NCBI RefSeq assembly: GCF_006345805.1
Contig: NC_042998.1
Location: 194,370,001-194,434,000 of the forward strand
Reading direction: 5' to 3'
DNA: 64,000 nucleotides
Source of the DNA: Octopus sinensis
Lineage: Eukaryota
The position numbers were made by a program, and so were the translations under genes. Below the pieces are notes generated by a model. That model saw only the letters and a program-made list of their open reading frames with translations. It had not been told where the DNA came from and searched no databases. Positions 36,537 through 49,191 of this stretch are shown piece by piece; position 1 is the first letter of the stretch; the number at the start of each line of letters is the position of its first letter.

Positions 36537-36916
36537 CTAGTTAGAAAGAAATCAATGTAAGAAGCAAACAAGAAAAGAAAAAGAGTAGCAAGTAAGTTGC
36601 TATGTGAAGAGGAAGAGAAGTAGTTGGTAGTGGAGATGAGAAATTCCAGTGAATCAAGAAAGTAACTGCATAATCTTTCAATATCTCTTAAAAGACATTT
36701 CCTTTCAGCAGTCTTGTTGGATTGACCTGGATACCAGGTTTATTTTCATAAATCAGTGCTCTGACCCATTGGCCGCCGTAGCGGTGCTGCTCTCTCTTTC
36801 TTTCTCTCTCCCCCCCATCCCAACTCCAGCAAGAGCCATTGGGCAGCAGGGAACACAAGTCACCCTGCTGGAAGTTGATTCGTTTATGATGGATCAGTAC
36901 CCAACAGAAATCAGCG

Positions 36917-37066
36917 TCAGCTTTTATTGGTAGAAGAACTTTTTTCATCCACATCTTTCTTCAAGTTCCAAATAAGTTCTTGGATCTCTTGGCGCTTTGA
37001 ATTAACTTGTTCTTCAGAGAACCAGTTATGTATTCGAATAGGAATGGTGAAGTCTTTTATAGGATT
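36917..37066 (-). CDS. SENP6: SENP6/7 terminal exon (NPIKDFTIPIRIHNWFSEEQVNSKRQEIQELIWNL...*)
   Basis: tttcag acceptor, TGA; matches human SENP6 NPILSFELPMNLANWF...KREEIR. Confidence 0.93.
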   Translation of the reverse strand, partial: NPIKDFTIPIRIHNWFSEEQVNSKRQEIQELIWNLKKDVDEKSSSTNKS

Positions 37067-37362
37067 CTGAAAAACAGACAAATTAAAATTTAAAACAAAA
37101 TTACAAATATATGTACACACAAATGGAGGTTGGCAGCAGGAAAGGCATCCAGGTAAAAAAAAAAACTCTGACCTAACATGCTGTTGCCTCACCTATACAA
37201 GCACTGAAAAGTAGGTGCCAAAATGGCGACATGTATACACACAAAAATAGTCTTGTTTTTACGTCTACTTTCTTCACATTGATATCCGTTAAAGAAGACA
37301 TTGAGGCAGTATTTTACAGTTGGATGCTCATCCTGTCACTAAACCTTATTTTTCAAGTAAAG

Positions 37363-37705
37363 TATCATCATCATCATCGTCGTTTAACGTCCGCTTTCCA
37401 TGCTAGCCTGCGTTGGACAATTTTCACTGAGGGCTGGCGAACCAGATGGCTGCACCAGGCTTCAATCTTGATCTGGCAGAGTTTCTACAGCTGGATGCCC
37501 TTCCTAACACCAACCACTCAGCGAGTGTAGTGGGTGCTTTTACGTGCCACTGGCACGGGGCCCAGTCAGGCGGTACTGGCAACGACCTCACTCGAATCTT
37601 TTACACATACCACCGGCACAGATGCCAGTAAGGCAATGCTGGTAACAATCACACTCAAATAGTGTCTTTTACGTGCCACTGGCACAGAGGCCAGCTGGCA
37701 ACGAT
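37363..37705 (-). mobile_element. RTE-LINE 3' end copy
   Basis: (CAT)n, core, units. Confidence 0.85.
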
Positions 37706-38149
37706 CAGTATATTATACTTATTTTATTTTCAGGCATAGATTCTAACCATAGAAACAGATGTTTGTCATAACACCAATCGTGCTATCATCATGCACTGGG
37801 TGCATTTTATTGACACCAGCACTTGAGATGTCAAGAAACAAGAATATGGGGGTAGAAACACATTGACTGAGGTGATGGGGCAGTGGAGAGGGAGAGAGAG
37901 AATCTTAGATAGTAATAGAGGTGGACAATTGTAAATACAGAATGATGGGTGCCAATCAATAATGACTGGCCCAAAAAAGAATGGTGACTGGTGTTACGGA
38001 AAGTGATGGCAGAGGGTATTGGGTACAAGTTTGATGCAATCCTTTATACACAAGCCACATGGTAAGCCAAAGAGGCAGTGATGGGGATGCTGGTAAAGGA
38101 AAATTGAATATGGGGTAGTCCAATAACCTTATACAGGCAATATGATATA

Positions 38150-38641
38150 GTGACCGAGATCTCTGGAGATATGCTGTGACTGCGAAGACCCGACAAATAA
38201 TGTGAGTTCATGGCTGTCTCCTGCACCAGCTTTACATAGAAGCCCCAGTCCTTCCAAAGTACCTTGGATCGTAGGGCGACCTGCTGTGCTTGAGGAGACC
38301 TGTTGAGTCAAGTACATCAACATCAAATGGAAATTGTAGTTGTGATACCCGTGCTGGTGGCACGTAAAATGCACCATCCGTATGTGGCCGATGCCAGCAC
38401 CGCCTTGACTGGCTTCCGTGCCGGTGGCACATAAAAAGCACCAACCAATTGTGGCCATTGCCAGCCTACCCTGGCACATAAAAAGCACCCACTACACTCA
38501 CAGAGTGGTTGGCGTTAGGAAGGGCATCCAGCTGTAGAAACACTGCCAGATCAGACTGGAGCCTGATGCAGCCTCCTGGTTTCCCAAACCCCGGTCAAAC
38601 CGTCCAACGGACGTTAAACAATGATGATGATGATGATGATG
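38150..38641 (+). mobile_element. RTE-LINE 3' end copy including the ORF-end motif
   Basis: TGGAGATATGCTGTG...GAAGACC module, units, core, tail. Confidence 0.8.
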
Positions 38642-39722
38642 AAGAAGGGATCCATAACCAGTCTTGGTTACACACACAGGCACCACTGCCTATATTTTTT
38701 ATCACTGGTTGGAAAGTATGAAAACATAGGTTAAAAACAAACTAAGACTATCAATTGGCTTAGAAAAAACCAATAAAATATTTGTGTATGATGCCTAAAA
38801 CTAGCATTCCAGATATGAAGATGATTATTTTTAAGACTATTTTTCCATGATGGGATGGAAAAAGCTTAAAAAGCAGACAAGGCTTACTGAGGCAGTATTC
38901 TGTAGTTGGATGCCCTTTCTGTTTTTAATGGTATTTTTCCACTAGTCTTCATGCATCGAAGCTGTCAAGCCACAAGGATGTAGTACTTATGGGAGATGTA
39001 AGCAAACACCAACGTTTTTACTTGTACTTCATCAATGTGAAGACACACAGACAGAAGCATAAACACACATGTATATCATCATCATTTTAATATACTCTTT
39101 TCCATGCTGGTAGAGGCCAGATGAAACTTATGGAAATACATCTTCTGAAGTTGGATGCTCTTCTTGTTGTTTCCAAGTAGAGTATTATTTCCCTTAGTCT
39201 TTCAAGCAATGAAGAGCTCAATGGTTGGACATATTTGTGGAAGGCTGTAAAAAAACACCATTGCGTAGAAAATGATTTTGTTTATAATTCAGTGAACAGT
39301 ACACACACATAATAGGTTTCCATACAGTTTCCATCTACCAAATTTCACGGATCAGGCACTGACAATCTCAAGACTATAGTGCCTTGTGAATAAAATTTTT
39401 ACCACTATAATTTTACTGTTACGTCATGTGATAACTGGAGATTCAGTATAAGTTCAGGAATGTTACATAAAGTATACTGTAATAGCACAAATAGACAGTG
39501 TTAAGAAAAAATTGGCAATCAGGGTATGCTGCATTTAGTTCTCTGTCTATATTTTAAATATAGTTAAAACTGTAACAACAATTTCACTAGTTATCAGAGA
39601 AACTAGATGGATTAGAAGACAAGCCTGTTCTACCAATAATCTACACTGATGTCTGAAGTAGTTCAATCTATTAACTTTTGTGAGCATTGCTGAGTGAAAA
39701 AAAAAACAAATAAAATAATCAC

Positions 39723-39876
39723 CTTAAAAAAACTTTCTACATATTGCAGCACATAAACCCCACAATCACTGTAGTTGTTCTGTTGAGGTACTTTTGGAAC
39801 ACCTCCTTTGATGAAATCTTTGTCAAACGTTCGTTTAGGGGTCTTCTTTCTTGTGTCCCATTCAACCTGCAAATAC
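39723..39876 (-). CDS. SENP6: SENP6/7 exon with the catalytic Cys (YLQVEWD...[25 protein letters not shown])
   Basis: aaacag/gtgatt; QQNNxSDCG motif. Confidence 0.97.
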
Positions 39877-40786
39877 CTGTTTAAAAAAAAAAAAAAAAAA
39901 GCAATGACTGCATCAAAAATGTAAAATGAGTTGAGAATTACTTTAATATCACAGAGAATGTCCTTCATTAAGGATGTATACATTTAATAACTAATCTAAC
40001 AAACTACCAGCATGGGTTTTTTTTCCAGTTATTTTACATTGTTTTCCTCACAGCATTCACCTTTCCTTTTGCTAGCCACTCAACTGTGAATGGTCGTTGG
40101 TAATGGTCACGCTTGAATGGTGCCTTTTACATGCCACCTACACAGAAACCAGTTAGCCGCTCTGGCAACGATCACGCTCAGATGGTGCTCTTGGCACTCT
40201 ACTAGCACGGGCACAAGTACCAGTAAGGCGACAAAGTCCACCTTTTCAAACATGGCAACTATAACCATCATTCAATTATACAAAGACTGAATAATAAACT
40301 ACATGCCAGCTATCTTAATATATTGAATACCATTCAATGAACTCCTGTGCCATATGAGCAGAGAACAGGCTAAGGTTTGGCATATCTGGGACATCTAACT
40401 ACCTATAAATGTATGCAGGGTCAGATTCATGTATGAGCCAATATGGACCATGCTCCCCACCCAAGACTGGAGTTGAGAGCAATGAAATAATTTGTAATTA
40501 AATTTACTTGTTTAATTTGTTTTTCAATGATTTAGCCTTCTTTTGATTTATTGGGCCCTTTTACATTTAAAAAGCCATTAATTTTAACCATGGCCCTTTT
40601 TATTATTCTGATTTGAATTAGCTCTTTTTTTAAATAGTGCCTTTTAAAAAATACTTTGAACATATGTTTTCTCCAGATATAAGGCGGCAACCAACAGCAA
40701 TGCATTATGCAAAGAAATGAATATGGCATCATCAACATGTCAGAAATAATCCAAGTGCTAGCAACTATTACAGTTATAGAGTAATC

Positions 40787-41150
40787 ATGATCGTTTAACG
40801 TCCACTTTCCATGCTAGCATGGGTTGGACGGTTTGACCGGGGTCGGGGAAGCCAGGAGGCTGCATCCGGCCCAGTCAGATCTGGCAGTGTTTCTACAGCT
40901 GGATGCTCTTCCTAATGCCAACCACTCCATGAGTGTAGTGGGTGCTTTTTATGTGCCAGGAGAGGCTGGCAACGGCCATGATCGGCTGGTGCTTTTTATG
41001 TGCCACTGGCACGGAGGCCAGTCGAGGCTGCGCTGGCAATGGCCACGTTCAGATGGTTCTTTTACGTGCCACCGGCACTGGTATCACAACTACAATTTCC
41101 ATTGATTTTTCTATTGATTTTGATTTCACTTGCCTCAACAGGTTCGCAAG
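40787..41150 (-). mobile_element. RTE-LINE 3' end copy
   Basis: Core and units. Confidence 0.85.
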
Positions 41151-41395
41151 CAGAGTTTTGTGTCCCAAGAAGGAAAGTATGCAAAAAAAAATTTGTAAGA
41201 AAATGAAATTATTTACAAAATTATATTTGTTTTTACAATGTACATTCCTATTGTTTTTAGTCTTCGTTATTTTGCCTGTGACAGCCAGATTTGTTAATTA
41301 GTTCTGACATATACAATGACCGACTGACTTTAGACATCTAAACAATTGAAAATTACACAAAATCTTAGGGCCCCCCAAAACCTATTGGTCTAGAG

Positions 41396-41562
41396 CAGTG
41401 CTTTTCAAACTTTTTGCTGGAGCGGAACCCCAAGGAAACATTCCACTGGCTTGAGGAACCCCTGTGCAATAATTTAATAGTCTTATGCACACATATCTTA
41501 AAAATTACTGCCGATTTTAGCAGTTTTGTAACTTCTTGCGGAACCCTGGTTGAAAACCACTG
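41396..41562. mobile_element. hAT (Charlie-like) MITE, 167 bp
   Basis: TIRs CAGTG(C/G)TTTTCAA; 8-bp TSD GTCTAGAG at 41388-41395 and 41563-41570. Confidence 0.92.
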
Positions 41563-41829
41563 GTCTAGAGGGCCCACTAGGTCTAAATATGTATGTATAT
41601 GAACACAGGTCTGACTGAAAAACAGCAACTCATTACCCATCTCCCATGTAACAAAACAGTTTATATTTCCCAGGCAGTCATTAAGATATTCAAATTTCTA
41701 AATTTACTTACTATCTACCTCAATTAAAAAAAAATTCATGCTAGCATGGAAGGCAGACGTTAAATGATGATGATGAATTCTTAGCTACTCCAACATTATA
41801 TAACAATGTAATATAAGTGGCATACTTAC

Positions 41830-41898
41830 TCTCGCAATGTTTTGACAACATTTGTTCGAGATGGTCCAGCCAGAGAATCAAATATCAAAATACATGGC
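41830..41898 (-). CDS. SENP6: SENP6/7 exon with the catalytic Asp ([23 protein letters not shown])
   Basis: ttgtag/gtaagt, phase 2-2; not in the ORF track. Confidence 0.95.
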
Positions 41899-42501
41899 CT
41901 ACAATGAAAAATTGGTTTTATGTTAGTAACACAAGATTAACTGTACAGTTTTCTGGAGTGGTACAAATTTTTCTATACTAGCAGCAGATCAAATATTGCT
42001 TCAATTAACCCTTTCATTTGCCATGAAATAGAAATATTTTCAGTAACAAAATATAAGGAAAATAGAGTTAATGCATACTGCCACAACACAATGATTGTGA
42101 TAGTTTTAGAAAAGACATCTATGAAAAGAAATTCAAGTAGGAACTGTCTATATCCAACTGACTTGAAGAAACTTCAAGTGATAAACCTTGTCTAAAATAC
42201 AATGGTTTATCTTTAGAAAACTTTAACTCCAGCATATTCTAAATGAATGAAGAAATGAAATTAGTGTAAAAATGTAAAGATAATGAACTAATATGAAAGG
42301 TTATGATAATTAGTTTAACGATCTGAGTTAGAGAAAACTCAAGAAAAGAAACTATTGAACTTGTAATTAGGATGGAGCGATTGCTTGACATAACATGTAA
42401 AAACTAGAACATGTATATAAAACTAGTGTCTACTACCTCTCTCTCTCTCGCTCACACACAAGCAGATTGTTTCCAATGCAAGTAAAAATGACATTACTTA
42501 C

Positions 42502-42563
42502 TGTTTAAATCCATACAACTCTGTATAAGACTCTTTGCGTATATCACAGAGTTTAATTGGTAG
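42502..42563 (-). CDS. SENP6: SENP6/7 small exon (LPIKLCDIRKESYTELYGFKQ)
   Basis: ttgcag/gtaagt; phase 0-2 bridges the neighbours and yields KQ|PCIL as in human. Confidence 0.85.
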
Positions 42564-43150
42564 CTGCAACAGAAAAAAACAATGAAATTATGATTTAAGA
42601 CTAGTTATGATACACGCATGCACAATAATGGTAACCCATAAACACAACAGACCAAATGATCTAATGATTACTTAATTCCAATACAATACATACACTTTAG
42701 CAGTATTATAAAGAGTTTGTCATTCTCATAATGGTTAAGCAATTAAGAACTTCACAGTAATTAAGCATATATTAGCTGAAAGGACCATCACTCCACTCCA
42801 GAGCCCAATGTGTGACCTTTTACTTTGAAGGACCTCACATCCAGTAAGTGTTTAATGTAGTTTTGAAGTCATTGGGGAAGCCTAAACCATATTCAGCTTA
42901 AAACTAATTTATCCAACAAATAAACTATCTGGGTATATGTGATTTTTCTTTTTCTCACCAAGCAAACTGAAGTAAGCAAAGGTGTATGCTTAAAACATGA
43001 AATTATGAACAACTGATTAGCAGCTAATTACATTTACAACTGGATATCCTTTTAGACAATAATCATTTCACTATGAAATTAATTTTTTAAGTTAGCTGTA
43101 GTAACAAATGTTTTAAGGTTGACACAATCCAATACAAACTAGCAGAAATT

Positions 43151-44154
43151 CTGCCCACAAGATGGATTTCTGCTACAAATGCCCAATGCTTCCTAATTTT
43201 AAAAAAGGAAATAATGAAATATGAAAGAGAAAAGGAAACATTAATGAAATTACTTTTACTAACTGCAAAAATTCAACATGTTCTCTTACAGATGTTTTGA
43301 TTTTGCTCAAAAGAATTAAATTCCAGTAATTAAAATATTTTATTGGGCAAAATCTCATCAGTCTGTTGGTTAAAGTTAATCAAAGAGGCAGTAAGGTTCG
43401 ACTTAAACTACAGGCCTTTCTACACAGCCTTAGAAAAGAAAATTTTACATTCCTACTTTGGGGAAGAAAAACTATGTATGTGTGTGTGTGCGCGCACGTG
43501 CATGCATGCATGCATGCAAGAAATATTTAGGAGAAAAATAGAAAAAGGAGATAAATGCTCAAGATATTTAATAACATCTTGAGCGTTTGTCTCCTTTTTC
43601 CTAAGATATATATATATATAAATAGAGGTTAAAATAACCACTTTGAGGGATAGAAAATATCCAATGAATTACTGGTTTGTTACCTAATATTTTGTTGTGA
43701 ATAGCAATATTCCTAAAATAATAGGTTTAAGTATAAATCTTGGTTTATAAATATTCAAAAAGTAGCGTTAATATAATTGATTAACTGCAAAAATCCAACA
43801 TGTCCTGTTACAATTGTTTTGATTTTGCCCAAAAGAATTAAATTCCAGTAATTAAAACATTTTTGGGGGCAAAATCTCATTAGAGGTGTGAAAAAGACAT
43901 TGTTAGATTATTACATGTTGGTCTTCCAAAACATCCCAACAGACTGATGAGATTTTGCCCAATAAAATGTTTTAATTACTGGAATTTAATTCTTTTGAGC
44001 AAAATCAAAACATCTGTAAGAGAACATGTTGAATTTTTGCAGTTAGTAAAAGTAATTTCATTAATGTTTCCTTTTCTCTTTCATATTTCATTATTTCCTT
44101 TTTTAAAATTAGGAAGCATTGGGCATTTGTAGCAGAAATCCATTTTGTGGGCAG
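43151..44154. repeat. 219-bp inverted repeat (43151-43369 / 43936-44154), 566-bp spacer
   Basis: Arms read as reverse complements with 2 mismatches; they produce near-identical ORFs on opposite strands. Confidence 0.95.
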
Positions 44155-44384
44155 TATTTAAACCGGCCATACTCGGCGAAAATATTTAATCTGTTTTATG
44201 TTCAAACTGACCAGATCCAGGCCCTCACTCCTACCCTACAATGTTATTGAAGATATGAGATAATGTGAATCAATAAGCATTATGTTTGATAGAATAATCT
44301 CTAAAAAGCAGTTTTGTATTTATTTTTGAACACAGATGTCATCTACCTCAATTGCCTCTCAAAACTTATAATTCAAATCCTTAC

Positions 44385-44529
44385 TTTATTAGTTTCATCT
44401 GATGTGCCTTCTGCATGAGCATTAAGTTTCTGTAAAGTGCTGCTGTCCTGGCTGGTAAGGAATAAATAGCGGACGGCTTGAGGATGCTCCATTCCAGGGA
44501 AACAAATGATGGCCAAGAACCAATGGGCG
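44385..44529 (-). CDS. SENP6: SENP6/7 exon with the catalytic His (AHWFLAIICFPG...DETNK)
   Basis: tattag/gtaagg, phase 2-0. Confidence 0.96.
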
Positions 44530-44666
44530 CTAATAAAAAGCAAATTTAAGATTAGCATGATGGAATAACAATTAGTAACGACACAAAGAAAAACTAAATT
44601 CAATTTAATTATAATTCAAGCTAAATGGAAGGTTTGTATCGTCTTTCAAATTTGTCACTTGACCCC

Positions 44667-44865
44667 TCTCTCTCTTTCGGAGAGGCACAAGCACCTACAC
44701 GCCCACATACACACACGGCAGTAACTTCCACCTACCGAATTCAATCACAAAGCTCCGGTCAGCTCGGGGCTATAGTGAAAGACACCTACCCAAAGTGCCA
44801 CGCAGTGGGACTGAACCCGAAACCATGTAGCTAGGAAGCAAGCTCCCTAACCACACAGCCATGCC
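44667..44865 (-). mobile_element. SINE sharing the family A head and core, different body
   Basis: GTGCCACGCAGTGGGACTGAACCC...CCACACAGCC. Confidence 0.7.
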
Positions 44866-45521
44866 CATTACAAAATAAAATCAGTTGTGACTGACACATA
44901 AGGTAGTTAAGATATGAGAGGAAATTTTAGATTTACTTTATAAAAGAGTCCAAAAGAAAATTATTTAGCTAGGGATTTGTTTTCTTTTCAACTTTTTTAT
45001 AAATGATAGTTTGGTTGTGAATAATTTGTCAACTATTACTAAAGTGATGACAAACTGATACACTTGATTGGTTTAACAACCATTTAGCTAAGTAAAGATT
45101 AGATGGACACACACAAGTAAGACAACAAAGATATAATTTAATCCTTGGATTTAAAAATGAAAACTATTCCTTTCATTTTTAAATCCAATGCTTGACTCCT
45201 TCACTTATTTCCCACACTCTTAAAATAAGTCTTATTTTATTATTCCTTCAATTGGTTTAGTGGGTTTTATTGTTTTCATATATATTTTTATCTACTTTAT
45301 TTGAAGGATTGGTTATGTTAAAAGTGGAATGTATTTTTTGATCATAAAGATAGCACTCTAGCACTTTAACATTACAGACAATACACTTCACATCACTAAA
45401 ACCAGAATAGATATCTCTTTTGAAACAAAGACAAGTAGAACAAAATAACTCCATGAAATGTGTAAACTATATCTGTTTAAAATATAAGACTTAAGTGAAG
45501 ATATAAAACACAAGCACTTAC

Positions 45522-45614
45522 TTCTCGTTAATTGGTACAATAATAAAGTCCTTCTGGAAGATATCAACATGTCGTGTCCAGGTTTTTACTTGTGCATGCC
45601 TTTTAATCATTGGC
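45522..45614 (-). CDS. SENP6: SENP6/7 exon ([30 protein letters not shown])
   Basis: gattag/gtaagt; [11 protein letters not shown] motif. Confidence 0.96.
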
Positions 45615-45923
45615 CTAATCAATGAAACATTTAAAGCAAAAATTAATCTCTATCAAATCATTAATTGATTAAATGACAAATACTGCAAGTGAACTTGCTT
45701 TCAGAATAAAAACATTTTAATAAGAGTAAAGAATAAAGTAAAATCATTCAACTAAGATGTTTACCAGGTAAACTTAGAGCAAACAGGTAACAAGATATAC
45801 TTATACAATAAATGGTAACATCTATATTACAGACAGCTAGCAATACGTAATACAAATGACATTTCTCATTAATAGATAGACAAAACTATTACAAGACCCA
45901 AAAGCAAAACCTTATAAACTTAC

Positions 45924-46055
45924 GAGCAATAAGGGTCCTGATCAGAGCTGTAGGAATGCCTGTTCAATCGTTGTGTGAGACGTTTGTAAAAGAATGAACT
46001 GAACACATGAGTACGTTCTCGATCAGTCTCTGATAATTTCTCCAATACCAGATAC
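45924..46055 (-). CDS. SENP6: SENP6/7 exon ([29 protein letters not shown]...)
   Basis: tgtaag/gtaagt; FSSFFYKRL motif. Confidence 0.96.
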
Positions 46056-46352
46056 CTTACATTAAAATATGAAAATAACAGTTTAGTACATTCCTTCAAA
46101 ATTGGCGTTCTGTAATCCTAAGAGCATTCATTTTCTGGCCCCAGAACATCTCTTCAAACACAATTATAAAAGAAGTAGCAAAAATGCTGATCCTCAATTA
46201 TACAAGTATCAAATTTTACTCTACAATTTACAACATGGCATATGTTGGCATAGTTGCATCAATATCAGTGTATTATATAAGCAATGCAATCAATGTTGAA
46301 ATATCTCAATGCTTTCTGCAAGATAAACAATTTTGTGAAAGGGAAATCTTAC

Positions 46353-46469
46353 TTGAGGAAGAAATCAATGATGACATCATTTAGAAACTCTCCTTCATTC
46401 AAACAAAAGAAGTCTTCATTGGTAATGGTGATTCCTCCCTTTGCAGGTGGTGGAGGGTAAGTGATCAAG
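46353..46469 (-). CDS. SENP6: SENP6/7 exon ([39 protein letters not shown])
   Basis: tttcag/gtaaga; SENP6/7-specific loop 1 PPPPAKGG. Confidence 0.97.
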
Positions 46470-47394
46470 CTGAAATAAAGTATGAAAAAAAGTATTAGGG
46501 AACAGAATTTGTGTTGTTTTTCTTAATTAATTCACCACTTATCTCCTTCAGAAGTTTCTAACCATATCTTCAATCATCAAAAAATTTATTGTACATCATT
46601 TTTTTCTATGCTAGTGTGGTTCAGACTCATCTTCACAGCATCTTTAATAAATGTTCGCTAATGATGCCTCACATTATTACATTCAAGAAACATCAATGAT
46701 TAGTCACTGTCCTCATGTAGGGAATTTAATAACAAAACCAATCGGTAGATCATTTGATTATAAAGCTATTTCAGTAAATTTTCTGAACCATTACATAGTG
46801 TTATAAAAAGTAACATTTTGTTAAAAAGATAATTTCTAACACAGCTACAAAGCCAAAAATGTTTCTTTAGTGTGGTGGTAGTGGGGGGGGCTTTTATTAG
46901 AGGACTGGTGCTTATTTTAATAATCTAAGAAGCTGAAAGGAAACATGATTAAGTTTCAACAAGAAAGTGCAAAACTAAATATTTTGTCTAACAATGATAT
47001 CCAACAAAAGCACAAGATTGCATTGGTGTAAAGAAACATTCAATTAAATCAATTCCAATATCTGATTATATTATAAACCAACCCGTGCTAGCGCGGAAAA
47101 CGGACGTTAAACGATGATGATGATGATGATGATGATGATGGATAAAGGGCAAACAACCAGCTGTTTAAATTTTCTTTTTTTTAAATAGCTGTTTTAGTGA
47201 GAAAACAACACATTCAAATGAAGTGTTCAAAAATAAGGTTCTGTAAGCATTATTGGAAATAGTAGATGCTTCCATTTTCAGAAGCAACAACTTGAGAAAA
47301 TACTTTTTAAAGTGGAACCATGTGACTATGTCTGGAGAGAATTAAGTTTTTTAAGATACTTCACTCGTTTTACAATTTTCTAAATTACTTGTAA

Positions 47395-47690
47395 TATCAA
47401 TTTACTGTCAGTAAAGTGACAGTTAACTCTGAGTACAGAAAAGAATTTGGCATACAGGTAGGGATTCATCAAGGCTCAGTCCTCAGTTCCCTCCAGGCCA
47501 TAATAGAGGAATTCAAGACCAGCTGCCTCTGGGAACTACTATATACTGATGATCTAGTCCTCATTGTAGATTCCATATCAGAGCTAGAAGAGAAATTCCA
47601 GGTGTGGAAGCAAAACCTGGAATCTAAGGGCCTTAAGGTTAATTTAGCAAGGACGAAGGTCCTAGTAAGCTGGAAAATTAACAAGACTCT
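47395..47690 (+). mobile_element. RTE RT-domain fragment
   Basis: GIHQGSVLS...WELLYTDDLVLI...KGLKVNLARTKVLV. Confidence 0.85.
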
Positions 47691-48720
47691 ACTCGTGTTC
47701 GATTAGTGGGAAAGGTAGCATCTTGATGACCAACTTCTTGATAATCAGTTGGGTGGCTTGTTTTATTTTTTATTTTTTTGTGGAATAGCGTGCCTGTATG
47801 CGTAATTTGCAACAGTGTCACAGATGCGGGAGCAATGTTCTACATTAGGTCTTATTTGAACATCAAAGTGGGTTAATAATTATTGGGAACAGTGGAGAAA
47901 GGATAGTCTTTGTGATGCAGTTTTTGCAATGTTGAAGATGTGTGTTGACTAGGAGAGATTTTCAGAATTTTAGTAGCTTTGAGGGTTCTGGTTGCATAGT
48001 GTTCATGTTTAGAGAACAATACACTATTGTTTTCTTGATATGTATAGTAGTGGTGTCTTTGCACTGTTGAAGGATACGTGATAAGCATGGCCTTAAAGGA
48101 AGATGTTTAGAAAGTCTTTGTTCATGGAGTCCACACAGGTTTGACTTCAGGTGTGTGGTTATAGATGGCTTAATGAGAATGAAGGGTGGTAACATCTGTG
48201 TAGGAGCAGGCATTGTTAGAGGTGACCACAAGTAACATTATGTATAAAAGGAAGAATGTGAGGGATGAAAATGAACTGTGCAGCACATAAAAGTAGCTAG
48301 AGGGTTGATCATTGAAAACTCCTTTAGCATACACCTTAATGGTGTGATCTGACATGAAACCATGTAATTGGCTGTCCCGACCTCCCAAATCATTAGCTTT
48401 AAGCCTATGTTAGAAACTATGATAATTATTATTATGATGACAGAATTGGTAACACTCCTAACAAAATATCATATTGTATTTAACCACATCATTTGTAAGG
48501 TGTTTAAATTGTGATGAAGTTTACATTTTTTTTTATTTTTTTTATCACTCTGCAGTCAATAAATCAACAATGATCAAGTACTGAAATTGATTAAATTCAC
48601 TATACACCTCCCTCAAAAATGTGTATCATATAAAAATTAGAAATGTTATCATCGTCAAAGGATTTACAATTGCATTGCACAAGTGGGAGGAATAAAAAAA
48701 CTTGCACCGGATATACATAC

Positions 48721-49048
48721 TTTTCTACAGGTCCTGAAAAACCCATATTAATTGGAGGAGATGCATCTGGATATAATGATAAAGCAGCTTCAAATGAGCT
48801 AGGAGGGTATGGATTCTCTGTTTCTACTGAAGACAATGGTAATAGTTGAGATAGATCAGGACAGCACTCAACCAACTTCTGATTCGCTTCTCCAATTGTT
48901 ATTGCTCTAAAGATATCTGGTTCTTGACTATTTTTATTTTGTGACTGAATCTTTTGAAATTTTTGAAAGATCTCTATTAGAGGCTTCTTCAACATCATAA
49001 GCTTACTGCTGGGTTGTAGAAGCATGACAATGTAACGATGAGTAGCAT
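48721..49048 (-). CDS. SENP6: SENP6/7 exon (ATHRYIVMLLQP...ITIGEANQKLVEC...GFSGPVE)
   Basis: tttcag/gtatgt, phase 1-2; matches human IPFEEANGRLVAC...FIGPVEK. Confidence 0.9.
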
Positions 49049-49191
49049 CTGAAATATAAGAAAGAGGTGCAAAAACTGAGTATTGACTATCAAAATTAAC
49101 ATGAACACACCTTACAGATATTTCAGTGGGTGGTCCCTATTACAAGTTTTGATATAACAGTTATTCAACTATACATTGCTTCAATAGTATT

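Noticed and set aside
35334-36571. Short ORFs between the two genes
   Set aside because: AT-rich UTR and microsatellite sequence without coding signal.
36688-36954. 88-aa minus-strand ORF overlapping the SENP6 stop in another frame
   Set aside because: No recognisable homology; the main frame has tandem stops, so no readthrough; an alternative terminal exon is unsupported without transcripts.
42085-42125. Alternative small SENP6 exon (VFSKTITIIVLWQ)
   Set aside because: Starts in phase 1, incompatible with the phase-0 upstream exon; 42502-42563 fits instead.
43173-44132. Two near-identical 61-aa ORFs on opposite strands
   Set aside because: A by-product of the inverted repeat, not a duplicated gene.
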